DNA of 64,000 nt from Candidatus Latescibacterota bacterium (GTDB lineage Bacteria > Latescibacterota > UBA2968): the NCBI GenBank assembly GCA_965208125.1, contig OZ242320.1:5568001-5632000 (forward strand), in the 5' to 3' direction. The notes under the pieces were generated by a model. The model was not told the origin of the DNA. It did no database searches and saw nothing but the letters and a program-made list of their open reading frames with translations. Made by a program: the position numbers and the translations under genes. Positions 18,618-28,674 of this stretch are shown piece by piece. The first letter of the stretch is position 1, and each line of letters starts with the position of its first letter.

Positions 18618-19580
18618 ATGTCCCTACCCTCTGAAATCCTGATCAAAATGTACCGCGCCATGCTCCGCATCCGCCGTTTTGAAGAACAAATCTGGGAAGT
18701 CTATACCGGCGGCCTCATGCACGGACTGGCGCACCTCTACATCGGCGAAGAGGCCGTTGCCGTGGGCGTTTGCGCTGCGCTGCGCGACGACGACTTCATC
18801 ACCAGCACCCACCGCGGACACGGGCACTGCGTTGCCAAAGGCGGGAACCTCGAAGCCATGATGGCCGAAGTGATGGGCCGCGTCACCGGGCACTGCCGCG
18901 GCAAAGGTGGATCCATGCACATAGCCGACATGTCCGTTGGCATCCTCGGCGCAAATGGCATTGTCGGTGGCGGATTTGGCATTGCCACTGGCGCGGCACT
19001 CTCGGCTCAAAAACGCGGCACCGACCAGGTTGCCGTCTGCTTCTTTGGCGACGGTGCCTCCAATCAGGGCATCTTCTTCGAAGTCATGAACTTCGCCGCA
19101 ATATGGAAACTCCCCGTTATCTACGTCTGCGAAAACAACCACTACGGCGAATACACCCCCACCGGAAACGTCACCGCGGGCAAAAGCATCGCCGATCGCT
19201 CCCTCCCCTTCGGCATTCCCAGCACGACCGTAGATGGCAGCGACGCCATTGCCGTGTACGAAGCCACTGCCCAAGCCGTCGAACGCGCCAGAAAGGGCGA
19301 TGGTGCCACACTCATCGAATGCGACACGTATCGCTATCGCGGGCACCACGTTGGCGACCCCGGGGAAGGCTATCGCTCAAAAGAAGAAATCGAATCCTGG
19401 ATGGCCAAAGACCCCATCCAGCAACTTCGCACAAAAATACTGGATGACAACATCGCCTCTGGAGCCGAACTCGATGCAGAAGAGCGCGAAGTCGAAAAAG
19501 AAATGGAAAACGCGCTCGAAGCTGCCAAAGCCGCGCCTTATCCCGATGTTGAGGAGGTCAATCAACATGTCTATGCGTGA
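18618..19580 (+). CDS. ThDP-dependent dehydrogenase E1 alpha (AcoA/PdhA-like)
   Basis: HLYIGEEA, STHRGHGH, GKGGSMH, GDGASNQG, CENN, YRYRGH. Confidence 0.92.
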   Translation: MSLPSEILIKMYRAMLRIRRFEEQIWEVYTGGLMHGLAHLYIGEEAVAVGVCAALRDDDFITSTHRGHGHCVAKGGNLEAMMAEVMGRVTGHCRGKGGSMHIADMSVGILGANGIVGGGFGIATGAALSAQKRGTDQVAVCFFGDGASNQGIFFEVMNFAAIWKLPVIYVCENNHYGEYTPTGNVTAGKSIADRSLPFGIPSTTVDGSDAIAVYEATAQAVERARKGDGATLIECDTYRYRGHHVGDPGEGYRSKEEIESWMAKDPIQQLRTKILDDNIASGAELDAEEREVEKEMENALEAAKAAPYPDVEEVNQHVYA

Positions 19581-20559
19581 AATGACTTATGGCGAAGCCG
19601 TCAAAGAAGCCATGGCAGAAGAAATGCGCCGCGATCCCACAGTATTTCTCATGGGCGAAGACGTCGGCAAAGCGGGCACCGTATTCAAAGTACTCCTCGG
19701 TTTGTACGACGAATTTGGCGACGACCGCGTCATCGACACGCCCATTGCAGAAGCGGGTCTCGTAGGCCTCGGCGTTGGCGCTGCACTTACCGGCTCGCGC
19801 CCCATTGTCGATATCATGTTTGGCGACTTCATCACCCTGGCAATGGACCAGATTGTAAACCAGGCCGCCAAACTGCGCTACATGTCCGGCGGTCAGGCCA
19901 TCGTGCCCATCACCATCCGCTCCACCATGGGCGCGGGACGCTCCTCTGCCGCGCAGCATTCGCAGAGCTTACACGCCTGGCTCGCGCACATCCCCGGCCT
20001 CAAAGTCGCCATTCCCTCTACACCCGCCGACGCCAAGGGCCTCTTCAAAACCGCTGTTAGGGATGACAATCCCGTCGTCATTTACGAAGACAAAATGATG
20101 TACGCCCTAAAAGGCCTGGTACCCACCGAAGAAGACTACACCATACCCTTTGGACAGGCCGACATCAAACGCGAAGGCGACGATGTCACTATCATCGCCA
20201 CATCGAGCATGGTACACGTCGCCCTCGACGCTGCTGACGCACTTGCCGAACAGGGCATCAGCGCCGAAGTCGTCGACCCGCGCACCCTCGTTCCGCTCGA
20301 CAGAGAGACCCTCATCGAATCCGTGGTCAAAACCACCCGAGCCGTCATCATCGACGAAGGCTATAAAAGTTTTGGTATCACAGGGGAAATCGCCTCCATC
20401 GTCTATAACGGCGCCTTTGACTACATCGACGCGCCCATCGTTCGTCTCGGCGCAATGGACGTACCCGTTCCGTTTAGCAAACCCCTCGAAGACGCCACAA
20501 TCCCCACGCCCGAAGATGTGATCAAAGCCGTACAGGACATGAAAATCATCCACAGATGA
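19567..20559 (+). CDS. ThDP-dependent dehydrogenase E1 beta (AcoB/PdhB-like)
   Basis: GEDVG, DTPIAE, NQAAK, AAQHSQ, DPRTLVPLD; GAGGAGG RBS before ATG 19567. Confidence 0.92.
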   Translation: MSMREMTYGEAVKEAMAEEMRRDPTVFLMGEDVGKAGTVFKVLLGLYDEFGDDRVIDTPIAEAGLVGLGVGAALTGSRPIVDIMFGDFITLAMDQIVNQAAKLRYMSGGQAIVPITIRSTMGAGRSSAAQHSQSLHAWLAHIPGLKVAIPSTPADAKGLFKTAVRDDNPVVIYEDKMMYALKGLVPTEEDYTIPFGQADIKREGDDVTIIATSSMVHVALDAADALAEQGISAEVVDPRTLVPLDRETLIESVVKTTRAVIIDEGYKSFGITGEIASIVYNGAFDYIDAPIVRLGAMDVPVPFSKPLEDATIPTPEDVIKAVQDMKIIHR

Positions 20560-20636
20560 ACGCAGATGGACGCAGATAAGATCACAGCAGGCAATTTAGC
20601 GGTGTATGCACAACTGGCCGTTCTCAGGCCAGTTCA
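20551..20636 (+). repeat. 10-mer tandem repeat (CRCAGATRRA x3) plus hairpin module
   Basis: CACAGATGAA CGCAGATGGA CGCAGATAAG, then GCGGTGTATGCACAACTGGCCGTTCTCAGGCCAGTTCA. Confidence 0.7.
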
Positions 20637-20666
20637 AAAAAGTCACTCCAACAGGACGCAAACAGT

Positions 20667-22487
20667 ATGCCCGACGCAAAGATAATGATTGTTGAAAACA
20701 ATGCCTCCGGCGTTGCCCACCTCGAAGAATGCCTGAAGAATTTGGAATACACAGTGTGCGCCACGGTTTCGTGCGGCCGTCAAGCCGTTGAAAAAGCCGC
20801 AGACACGCATCCCGACCTGACGCTGGTCAATCTCTGTCTCGAAGGGGAGATCACCGGCCCTGAAGTAGCCGAGCAGATCGGTAGCCAGTTCGACGTTCCC
20901 GTGTTATATCTGACTGACGAAGCCGAGGGAGACCTGTTGCAACAGGCACAGGCGACCAACTCCTTCGGCTATGTGCTGAGACCTTTCGAGGATCGGAAAC
21001 TCCATCTGAACATCCAAACCGCCCTTGCGATGCACGAGAGGGAAAACAGGCACAAAGAGACAGCGGTCAGGTTGAAACAGACAATCAACAAATTGGAAGA
21101 TGTCACCCATCTCATGGAAGCGGTATTCAACAGCATGAATGAGGGTGTGGCTGCGGTTGATGAAAACGGGAGGCTCATGTTTTACAATTCAAGCGCGCGG
21201 CGGATCGGCGGGGAGCATCCGGAGCCGATAGAGGCAGATATCTACAAATGGGCTGAAAGGTACGGTGTTTTCAAGCCCGATGGAGAACTGTTTGGTTCCT
21301 TGGATGATAGTCCGCTTGGCATTGCCCTGAAAGGCGGAACAACAGACGAGGTCGAGATATTCTTACGCAACGAATTTAAGCCTGAAGGCGTTCACGTCAG
21401 GGTTAGCAGCAGACCTCTGCTGCGAGAAACAGGTGTTTTGAAGGGGGCCGTGCTCGTCTTCCGAGACATCACCAAGGAGATAGAGGCCGAGCAGATGAAG
21501 GCCGAGTTGCTGCGCTTGCGTACCGAGTTGGAGACGACCAGCTTATTTCCCAGCCTGATCGGCACCAGTTCCGTAATGCAGGATATATACAAGCTGATGC
21601 AGCAGGCCGCCGAAAGCGATATCACGGTGTTCATTAGCGGTAAAAGCGGCACAGGTAAGGAACTGGTGGCCAACTCATTGCACGCCAACAGCACGCGCAA
21701 GGATGAGGAGTTCGTAGCCCTCGATTGCGCCGCTATTCCCGAAACGCTCATCGAAAGCGAGTTGTTCGGACATGAACGAGGGGCTTTCACGGGAGCGACG
21801 ACGCAGAGAATCGGGGCCTTTGAGCGCGCCAATGGCGGCACGCTCTTTCTCGACGAGATCGGCGACATGCCGTATATCATGCAAGGCAAGCTATTGCGCG
21901 TCTTGCAGGAGCGAGAAATCCAGCGGATCGGAGGAACATCTCCCATTCCCATCGACATCCGCGTAATAACGGCGACCAACAAGGACCTGGAGCGCGCAGT
22001 AAGAGCAGGCAAGTTCCGTCAGGATCTGTTCTATCGCATCGCTGCCTTCCCCATCACGATTCCACCGCTGAGAGAGCGGCATGAAGATATTCCCCTGTTA
22101 GCCAGGCATTTTCTCGAGAAATACACAGCCCAGGCTGGCAAATCCATAAGCGACATTTCCCCCCTTGCCCTGCGCCTGTTGCTCCAGTACGATTGGCCGG
22201 GCAATGTACGCGAACTGGAAAACGCCATAGCGCGCGCCGTGCTGTTGGAGGCGACCGGGGTGCTGCAAGCAGACAGCCTGCCGTCTCAGCTATCGCCAGC
22301 CGTTGCTTTGGGCAGAGACCTCTCGACACCACTGGCGATCCTGCCACTGACTGAGATCGAGCGACAAGCCCTGATTTACACGCTCGAGGCCACGAGCAAC
22401 AACATGACTCAGGCCGCCCAGGCGCTGGATATTAATCGGACGACCCTGTACCGAAAGTTAAAGAAATACAACATCGTCAGGGATTGA
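20667..22487 (+). CDS. Sigma54-dependent transcriptional activator (atypical REC + PAS + AAA+ + Fis HTH)
   Basis: GKSGTGKE, ESELFGHERGAFTGA, LFLDEIG, WPGNVREL, AAQALDINRTTLYRKL; N-terminal receiver-like and PAS-like regions. Confidence 0.93.
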   Translation: MPDAKIMIVENNASGVAHLEECLKNLEYTVCATVSCGRQAVEKAADTHPDLTLVNLCLEGEITGPEVAEQIGSQFDVPVLYLTDEAEGDLLQQAQATNSFGYVLRPFEDRKLHLNIQTALAMHERENRHKETAVRLKQTINKLEDVTHLMEAVFNSMNEGVAAVDENGRLMFYNSSARRIGGEHPEPIEADIYKWAERYGVFKPDGELFGSLDDSPLGIALKGGTTDEVEIFLRNEFKPEGVHVRVSSRPLLRETGVLKGAVLVFRDITKEIEAEQMKAELLRLRTELETTSLFPSLIGTSSVMQDIYKLMQQAAESDITVFISGKSGTGKELVANSLHANSTRKDEEFVALDCAAIPETLIESELFGHERGAFTGATTQRIGAFERANGGTLFLDEIGDMPYIMQGKLLRVLQEREIQRIGGTSPIPIDIRVITATNKDLERAVRAGKFRQDLFYRIAAFPITIPPLRERHEDIPLLARHFLEKYTAQAGKSISDISPLALRLLLQYDWPGNVRELENAIARAVLLEATGVLQADSLPSQLSPAVALGRDLSTPLAILPLTEIERQALIYTLEATSNNMTQAAQALDINRTTLYRKLKKYNIVRD

Positions 22488-22540
22488 ACCGGACAGGTGA
22501 TCGGGGTCGTGTACGTATTTTATGTTGTACAATAAAAAAA

Positions 22541-22625
22541 TGCCGAGAACGGGACTCGAACCCGTACGGGCGATTAGCCCAAGGGATTTTAAGTCCCTCG
22601 TGTCTACCAGTTCCACCATCTCGGC
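22541..22625 (-). tRNA. tRNA-Leu (anticodon TAA)
   Basis: GCCGAGATGGTGGAACTGGTAGACACGAGGGAC-TTAAAA-TCCCTT..GGTTCGAGTCCC..CTCGGCA; long variable arm; CCA not encoded. Confidence 0.95.
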
Positions 22626-22637
22626 ACAGTATGGCAA

Positions 22638-22666
22638 AAAATAGACAAAGACGCCATGCTTGTCAA
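22638..22666 (-). promoter_or_regulatory. Sigma70-type promoter of tRNA-Leu
   Basis: TTGACA-N17-TATTTT. Confidence 0.65.
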
Positions 22667-22688
22667 ACACGCAATTTCCCATACAAGT

Positions 22689-22722
22689 AACCGGTCAATC
22701 CCATCGTCGAGATTGACCGGTT
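22689..22722 (-). terminator. Hairpin/terminator downstream of tRNA-Cys
   Basis: AACCGGTCAATC...GATTGACCGGTT 12-bp stem. Confidence 0.6.
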
Positions 22723-22728
22723 GATTTT

Positions 22729-22802
22729 TGGAGGTGCCGGGCGGATTCGAACCGCCGATAAAGGCTTTGCAGGCCTCTGCCTTACCGCTTGGCCACGGCA
22801 CC
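22729..22802 (-). tRNA. tRNA-Cys (anticodon GCA)
   Basis: GGTGCCGTGGCCAAGCGGTAAGGCAGAGGCCTGCAAAGCCTTTATCGGCGGTTCGAATCCGCCCGGCACCTCCA. Confidence 0.95.
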
Positions 22803-22832
22803 CGATATGCTATTTTTGATCCGCGAAGCGTT

Positions 22833-22861
22833 AAAATACCGTACTTTATATCGAATGTCAA
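22833..22861 (-). promoter_or_regulatory. Sigma70-type promoter of tRNA-Cys
   Basis: TTGACA-N17-TATTTT. Confidence 0.6.
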
Positions 22862-22870
22862 GGGGTGGAG

Positions 22871-23524
22871 TCAACGCGCAGCCCAGTTAATGCCGCGTCG
22901 CTGGATCTCCTTTGCCTCTGGCACATCGAAATCCACGGCTTTGTGCCCCAGGGAAGAGTAAAACACGCGCCCCTGTCCCCACATGCGCTTCCAAACCACC
23001 GGCATCACACAGCCATTGACCCAGGGAGCCACATCGGTCTCAAAAGTCGTCGTCACCAACACTTCATTACCCGGATCGGTGTGCATATAATACTGCTCGG
23101 AATGCATCGCAAAATCACTCAGACCCGCCACAATCGGATCATCCGCTTTTTCCGGCACAATATTGACCTCATAATCGATCACCCCCCCCGGATGCGACAC
23201 CCACTGCCCGCCCGTCATCCACTGATAGCCCGTATTATTGCGAAATGCATCGCACATCCCACCGTGCCACCCGGCCAGTCCAACACCACTCTTAACCGCC
23301 CCTTGAAGTCCCTGCTCCTGTTCTTTCTCAATGCTACCCATCGTCCAGCACGGCACAACAACGCTCAGTTCCGACATGTAATCCGCATCCGTATAAACAT
23401 CCATTGAATCGCGAACATCCACATCAAACCCATCTGCTTCCAGCAGCGGTGCAAAAACATCCACACACTGCTTCGGCTCGTGCCCTTGCCACCCCCCCCA
23501 TACCATCAAAGCTTTCTTGCTCAT
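22871..23524 (-). CDS. ThuA domain-containing protein
   Basis: [40 protein letters not shown]. Confidence 0.9.
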   Translation of the reverse strand: MSKKALMVWGGWQGHEPKQCVDVFAPLLEADGFDVDVRDSMDVYTDADYMSELSVVVPCWTMGSIEKEQEQGLQGAVKSGVGLAGWHGGMCDAFRNNTGYQWMTGGQWVSHPGGVIDYEVNIVPEKADDPIVAGLSDFAMHSEQYYMHTDPGNEVLVTTTFETDVAPWVNGCVMPVVWKRMWGQGRVFYSSLGHKAVDFDVPEAKEIQRRGINWAAR

Positions 23525-23555
23525 CTTCATCTCCTTATTTTTATTTGAAAATCTA

Positions 23556-24611
23556 TCAACTGCCCAGCGCAAAAGCCAGACCTCGTTCTTCTGCTGTTTT
23601 CTTCAAATCATTTAACGTAACCGCATTCAACGGTATGCCCTGAGTGCGATACTCGTTCCGCCGCAAGGCTTCGGGCTCACCAGGGACAAATAGCCGATCC
23701 ACACCAGGTGCCCTTTTACAGGCGTGAATCTGCTGAATCGCACTGTCAACCCGCGCCTTGAATCGCGCCACATCTTCAAAAGCACCCACCCGAATAGCCG
23801 CCACAAAATGACCATCTTCACCTGCCTGTGGTCCCTCTTCCATATTGCCCAATTCGGTGCCATAGCTCGCACCGGATAACATAGAAGACAAAATCCCCAT
23901 CACCATAGCCAGAGCCACACCCTTAAATTGCCCAATCGGCATCAGCAGGCCATCTATCGCCTTTACGGGATCGGTCGTCGGCACCCCGTCCGCATCCATG
24001 GCCCATCCTTCTGGCAAGTTCAGCCCTTTTTGTTCATATACGCGGATTTTCCCATGCGCAGAGCCAGAAAATGCCGCGTCAAAAACAATGGAAAATTCCC
24101 CACCAGCGGGAATCGCCACACTCAAGGGATTAATACCCAGGATACGCTCAGCACCTCCCCACGGAGCCATTGTGGGCAGGGCATTGGTCGTCGCAACCCC
24201 AATCATATCGCAATCCAACGCCATACGCGCAAAATACCCCACAGCACCGCAGTGATTACTGCCCCGAATACCCGCGGCCGCTATACCAATATTCCGAGCC
24301 CGAGTAATCACCTGCTGCATCGCAAACCCCGTCCCAATCTGCCCCATAGAATTGCCCCCATCCACCACCAGACACGCCCCATTATCCTTCACCACCTCGG
24401 GTTTGCCATTTGGATCCACGCCTTCAACCGTCAACTTCCTCACGTATTCGGGAACGCGCAATACCCCATGCGAATGCACGCCACCAAGATCCGCATCCAC
24501 CAGTGAATCCGCCAACAGATGTGCATCCTCTGTGCGCATCTCACACGTCTCAAAAATTGCCCGCACCAGATCCAACAGCACCTCAGCAGCCACACGCCTT
24601 TCGCTTTCCAT
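23556..24611 (-). CDS. Ldh_2 family oxidoreductase (malate/L-lactate/ureidoglycolate dehydrogenase type)
   Basis: GVHSHG, SNHCG, GINP, FKG.AL, PGEPE. Confidence 0.9.
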   Translation of the reverse strand: MESERRVAAEVLLDLVRAIFETCEMRTEDAHLLADSLVDADLGGVHSHGVLRVPEYVRKLTVEGVDPNGKPEVVKDNGACLVVDGGNSMGQIGTGFAMQQVITRARNIGIAAAGIRGSNHCGAVGYFARMALDCDMIGVATTNALPTMAPWGGAERILGINPLSVAIPAGGEFSIVFDAAFSGSAHGKIRVYEQKGLNLPEGWAMDADGVPTTDPVKAIDGLLMPIGQFKGVALAMVMGILSSMLSGASYGTELGNMEEGPQAGEDGHFVAAIRVGAFEDVARFKARVDSAIQQIHACKRAPGVDRLFVPGEPEALRRNEYRTQGIPLNAVTLNDLKKTAEERGLAFALGS

Positions 24612-24622
24612 TGCACTATCTC

Positions 24623-25360
24623 TCAATGCTTGCACGCCACATGCCGGTCTGCGTATTTTCCCTTCACAAACTTTTCGGGATTGAGTTCTTCTGGCAAATA
24701 ATGCCATGCCGTGCTATAGCGCGTGCGATTGCTGTGATTATCATAAGCACCGTGCAAAAGATTGGCGGAAAACAGAACAACAGTACCAGCGGGAATGACC
24801 AGATCCACAGCCTGTGATTCATCGACCACTGTCCAACTGCCGTGCCTGCCTATATTTCTGCGATGCTCCATAATCTCACCCATCCGGTGGCTACCGGGCA
24901 CCACCCGCAAACACCCATTCTCCACATCTGAATCTTCCAGGTAAATTCCGCAACTGATAATGCGATCCGTATCGGTCCCAAAATAAAAATTGTCCTGATG
25001 CCAGCCCGTTGACGTGCCGCCATTGGGCAACTTCGGAAAAAACTTGGTGCCAAACAAATCGATATTTTCACCAATCAATACCGCCACGCGGTCTAAAATC
25101 GCCGGCTCGCGCGCCAGTTCCAGGACGCGGGAATCGACCACACAAACACCCTGAATTTTGTGCAACAAACCCGCCCGGGGTTCACCGCGCTCGTCCAACT
25201 CGAGCGTCCAGTGCGGCACCTGCTCGGTCAGCTTGCGCCCCTCTGCGACCAACTCATCAAAAACCTGCTTGTAATAGGCCAATCGCTCGCCCTGGATCAG
25301 GCTCTCAAAAACGAGATACCCATCTTCTCGAAACTTCTGCACCTGTTCGTCCGTCAACAT
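24623..25360 (-). CDS. Phytanoyl-CoA dioxygenase (PhyH) family protein
   Basis: WHQD, NGCLRVVPGSH, LLHG triad. Confidence 0.9.
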   Translation of the reverse strand: MLTDEQVQKFREDGYLVFESLIQGERLAYYKQVFDELVAEGRKLTEQVPHWTLELDERGEPRAGLLHKIQGVCVVDSRVLELAREPAILDRVAVLIGENIDLFGTKFFPKLPNGGTSTGWHQDNFYFGTDTDRIISCGIYLEDSDVENGCLRVVPGSHRMGEIMEHRRNIGRHGSWTVVDESQAVDLVIPAGTVVLFSANLLHGAYDNHSNRTRYSTAWHYLPEELNPEKFVKGKYADRHVACKH

Positions 25361-25375
25361 AAAAACCTCCTATTC

Positions 25376-26320
25376 TCATTTCTCACCGCGGATTTCCCGA
25401 TTCAACTTTGCGGCTTTCACCAACTCGCGCTCCAGCAATTGGTAATAAACCGCGGAATCCATCGTCGCTTTTTTTTTCACCAGAGCCTGCACCTCATCAA
25501 TAGCCTTGCCATAAGCTGCAACAAGCGCGGGCGAAGCGCCTTTGGGAACGCGAAAATTGAGCAAAAAACAACGGTCTGCCAACAACCCATCGCCCGCGTC
25601 AATATCGGACAGACGCGTCCCCAAACCATCGCCATTATCGTCCAAAATCGCGTTCTCTGTCGCGATTAGCCCCTCACTCAAAAACCAGGCATCTGTCAGT
25701 GAAGACGCCTGGGTGCAAATCTCCAGAACCGAAATGCGGTCATCGCGATTCTGATCGGCACTCCCATCCTCCAGCGCCTGCACAAAAAACCCTATAAATT
25801 GCGTGGCATTGCGCTGATCTGTACTGCGCGTACTCGCGCATATAATACGCCCGTCTCGACTCAGTGCATTGACAAAAGGTGCACTCATCGACGCACCATT
25901 GACAACAATAATGCGCCGCGCGGATATTGACCTCAAAAAACCATCCAGATCCTCTGCTGTCAAATCCGCACCCGGAATATTCAACTTGCCAACCTGGCGC
26001 CGATAGCTCCCGTGTCCGATCAAAAAAATGAACACATCGTCACCCGACGTTACCCGCTCCGACAAACCGCGGAATACATTGCGAATGCCTTTTATTGATG
26101 AATTACCATCGGCATTCTCACCCGTCTCATTCACCAATAGCACATTTGCCGCGGGATGATCGCATTGATCAATCAGCACCCGGCGCAAACGCTGCCCCCA
26201 ATCGTCAAACCGTTCGGAATACACATCCTCACCACCGCTACCACTGATAATCACATCGAAAACAGCGGCATTCGCCTGCGCCAGCATCAACACCCAAATA
26301 GGAAATACCCATAATTTCAT
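25376..26320 (-). CDS. Secreted protein, caspase/C13 peptidase-like fold (putative)
   Basis: Signal peptide; FIFLIGHGS..LNIPGADL; IIVVNGASMSAPF; DQNRDDRIS; ILDDNGDG. Confidence 0.6.
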   Translation of the reverse strand: MKLWVFPIWVLMLAQANAAVFDVIISGSGGEDVYSERFDDWGQRLRRVLIDQCDHPAANVLLVNETGENADGNSSIKGIRNVFRGLSERVTSGDDVFIFLIGHGSYRRQVGKLNIPGADLTAEDLDGFLRSISARRIIVVNGASMSAPFVNALSRDGRIICASTRSTDQRNATQFIGFFVQALEDGSADQNRDDRISVLEICTQASSLTDAWFLSEGLIATENAILDDNGDGLGTRLSDIDAGDGLLADRCFLLNFRVPKGASPALVAAYGKAIDEVQALVKKKATMDSAVYYQLLERELVKAAKLNREIRGEK

Positions 26321-28674
26321 GGCTCTCCCCGCTTCCGCCTCAAATACCATTCAAGGCCGAGCAACAACACGAGTAGAATATAAAAAGGCGGAAAATGCCA
26401 CAACGGAAAACGATCCAATCGCGCATGAGCCTGATCGGTATATGGAATCTGCTCAGCCAATTCGTCGAGCGCGTCCAACTCGATAAATTTGCCCCCTGTG
26501 TGTGCAGACAGGCGTTTCAAAAAATCGGGATTATAACGCGCAGACAAAAACTCGAGATGATCCGGTCGCGCCAGCACAGCTGCGTCCAACTGTCCAACAT
26601 CTGCGCCATCGGAATCGCGCGCCGTGAGCGTCACGCGGTGCAATCCCGCTTCTGCGGCCTCAAAAGTCGCAGAATACGCACCCACCTCGGCAATAGATTC
26701 AGAAATTGGCAATCTAATCGTCCCACCATTCGGTATCTCGACCTGTACATCAACGGACAGCCCTTCGCGAGGTTCAAAAAGAGAATCGCGCACCACAAAC
26801 TTCAAATCGCGCACATCCCCCACCACAACATCCTCGCCGCTATCGATCATCGTCACAGGTTCTGGCACCCGCATCGCCAGCAAACGCGCCAACTGCCGCC
26901 AAAAGCGTTCGTGAGCGGCATTTTCAGCAGGCTGCATCATCTGCCACTGCCACGTCTCGCCCGTACCCAACGCAGCACTCAAACCCTCTCCATACCTTTG
27001 CCAGGCAAACAGCGGGTGTCCATCCACAGCTTCAGACTCGGCATCCACCGTCGCCATCACCGTTGCACCAGCGCGCACAGACGCAAACGCATTAACTCCG
27101 TAAAGCGCGGACAAATTCGCCCACTGCTCGGCATTGACTTCGGTGTCTTCGCTCAAAGACCAGACCCCGGACAACACGCCTTCAATCGTCGGCTTAGCGC
27201 GAAAAACCTCATCTTCGTAATCACTCGCAGGACCCAGCACAACGGGCAACATCGGTTCAATAGTCGAATGCGTCCACCCGCCCTCTGAGTACGCGCGCGG
27301 ACCGCCCAGCATCAAAAAACTGCCCCCGCGTTTGGACACAAATTCCCGCGTCAAATTGAGTTGCGCAAGAGAAAAGAAATCGCGCTCAATATCCCCCCAG
27401 ATCACCACATGGTAGCGAAAAAGCTCTGACACTTCTGAAGGATACCCGCCCGCCAACTCCGACTCTGACACACCAATGCGGATAAAAACCGCTTCGTCAT
27501 AACGCGGCGCATTCAACGCCTGATCGTCAAAGCCCTCAAACAGGGGATTCGCCATCGTCGCATCGCGCCCCCGGAAAACAAACTTGCGCTCGGCACCAGA
27601 AATGCGAACCAGACTCGACAGAACGAGTTGCGGCGCCCCATCTAAGGCTCGCCGTAAAAACTTGCCCTCCCAATTGGGACGCCCGCTAAAATACAAAATG
27701 CGAAAAACGCGCTCGCGATTATCCACCAGAATATCTCGCGCATTATTCTCAGCAATGCGATCTTTGGTCGCCACATCCGTAGTATCTGCCAAACGCACCC
27801 GCACGCGGTGTGATACCCAGCCATCTCTTTGCGGATCAAAATTGAGCCGCACGTAATTCTCTTCTTCTTGTCCCACAATGGCAAGCGGTGACGACGCCAC
27901 CACCCGCTTGCCATCCAGCACATCAACCACCACATCTTCACCACCCAAACCCTCGGCCACCACCCGCGCCGTAACCGCCACCTCATCGGACCGCACGCGC
28001 GATACCGACACATCCGCCAATGCCAGATCGCGCCAGAGATCATCGCGTCCTACCCCCACTGTAAAAACGGGCACATCGCGGGGCAAATCCGTTATCGGAA
28101 CGGGCGCGGCACTTTGCTGCACCCCATCGCTAAACACCACCACAGCCGACACCGCGGCCCCCGACATTTGCTTGAGCACCCCGCGCACAGCGCCGACAAT
28201 ATCTGTTCGTCCCTGATCAAACGCGAGGTCCCCAACCTCATTGACGCGCGCTGTTGTGTTGCCAAATCGAAACCGCGCAACCTGGTGAGATTGCGTCAAC
28301 ACGCGCTCAAAATCCGACGATTGATACGCCTGCACAAATCGTTCTGCCCGCGCCTGCTCATCGTATTCGGGAATCGTCATACTGCGGGAATCATCGAACA
28401 AAACAGGCACAAAATGCGTGCCAGGCTCCAATTTCCGCGCCACCAGTGCAGGCCCCAATAACAAAAACAGCACCAGCGTCAATGCCAGCGCGCGCAACCC
28501 AATCAACATCTTTGAAAGCGCGGGCCGCTGCCTGTGCCAAAAAACCACACCCGCACAAAAAACAACGCCGAGCAAGACCAGCGCCACAGGCCATGCGACA
28601 TCCAGTGCAAACCGCACATCTCGGTACACAGCGGCGCGCTCTCCAGCCAATAAGTGTAATAACCAGTCAGTCAC
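26317..28674 (-). CDS. Membrane protein with VWA and glutamine amidotransferase-like domains
   Basis: N-terminal TMs, LFDDSRSM MIDAS, FSDG, GGSFLMLGG, TWQWQM, C-terminal EWYLRR. Confidence 0.75.
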   Translation of the reverse strand: MTDWLLHLLAGERAAVYRDVRFALDVAWPVALVLLGVVFCAGVVFWHRQRPALSKMLIGLRALALTLVLFLLLGPALVARKLEPGTHFVPVLFDDSRSMTIPEYDEQARAERFVQAYQSSDFERVLTQSHQVARFRFGNTTARVNEVGDLAFDQGRTDIVGAVRGVLKQMSGAAVSAVVVFSDGVQQSAAPVPITDLPRDVPVFTVGVGRDDLWRDLALADVSVSRVRSDEVAVTARVVAEGLGGEDVVVDVLDGKRVVASSPLAIVGQEEENYVRLNFDPQRDGWVSHRVRVRLADTTDVATKDRIAENNARDILVDNRERVFRILYFSGRPNWEGKFLRRALDGAPQLVLSSLVRISGAERKFVFRGRDATMANPLFEGFDDQALNAPRYDEAVFIRIGVSESELAGGYPSEVSELFRYHVVIWGDIERDFFSLAQLNLTREFVSKRGGSFLMLGGPRAYSEGGWTHSTIEPMLPVVLGPASDYEDEVFRAKPTIEGVLSGVWSLSEDTEVNAEQWANLSALYGVNAFASVRAGATVMATVDAESEAVDGHPLFAWQRYGEGLSAALGTGETWQWQMMQPAENAAHERFWRQLARLLAMRVPEPVTMIDSGEDVVVGDVRDLKFVVRDSLFEPREGLSVDVQVEIPNGGTIRLPISESIAEVGAYSATFEAAEAGLHRVTLTARDSDGADVGQLDAAVLARPDHLEFLSARYNPDFLKRLSAHTGGKFIELDALDELAEQIPYTDQAHARLDRFPLWHFPPFYILLVLLLGLEWYLRRKRGEP

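Noticed and set aside
19234-19566. Upstream extensions of E1 beta (and similarly of 41172, 47088, 6144, 33913, 49889, 57430)
   Set aside because: They overlap neighbouring genes or intergenic signals. Downstream starts have an RBS or translational coupling and match family N-termini.
20580-22625. tRNA-Leu-anchored genomic island containing the sigma54 activator
   Set aside because: No duplicated tRNA 3' end (att site) and no integrase were seen. Kept only as a weak compositional remark.
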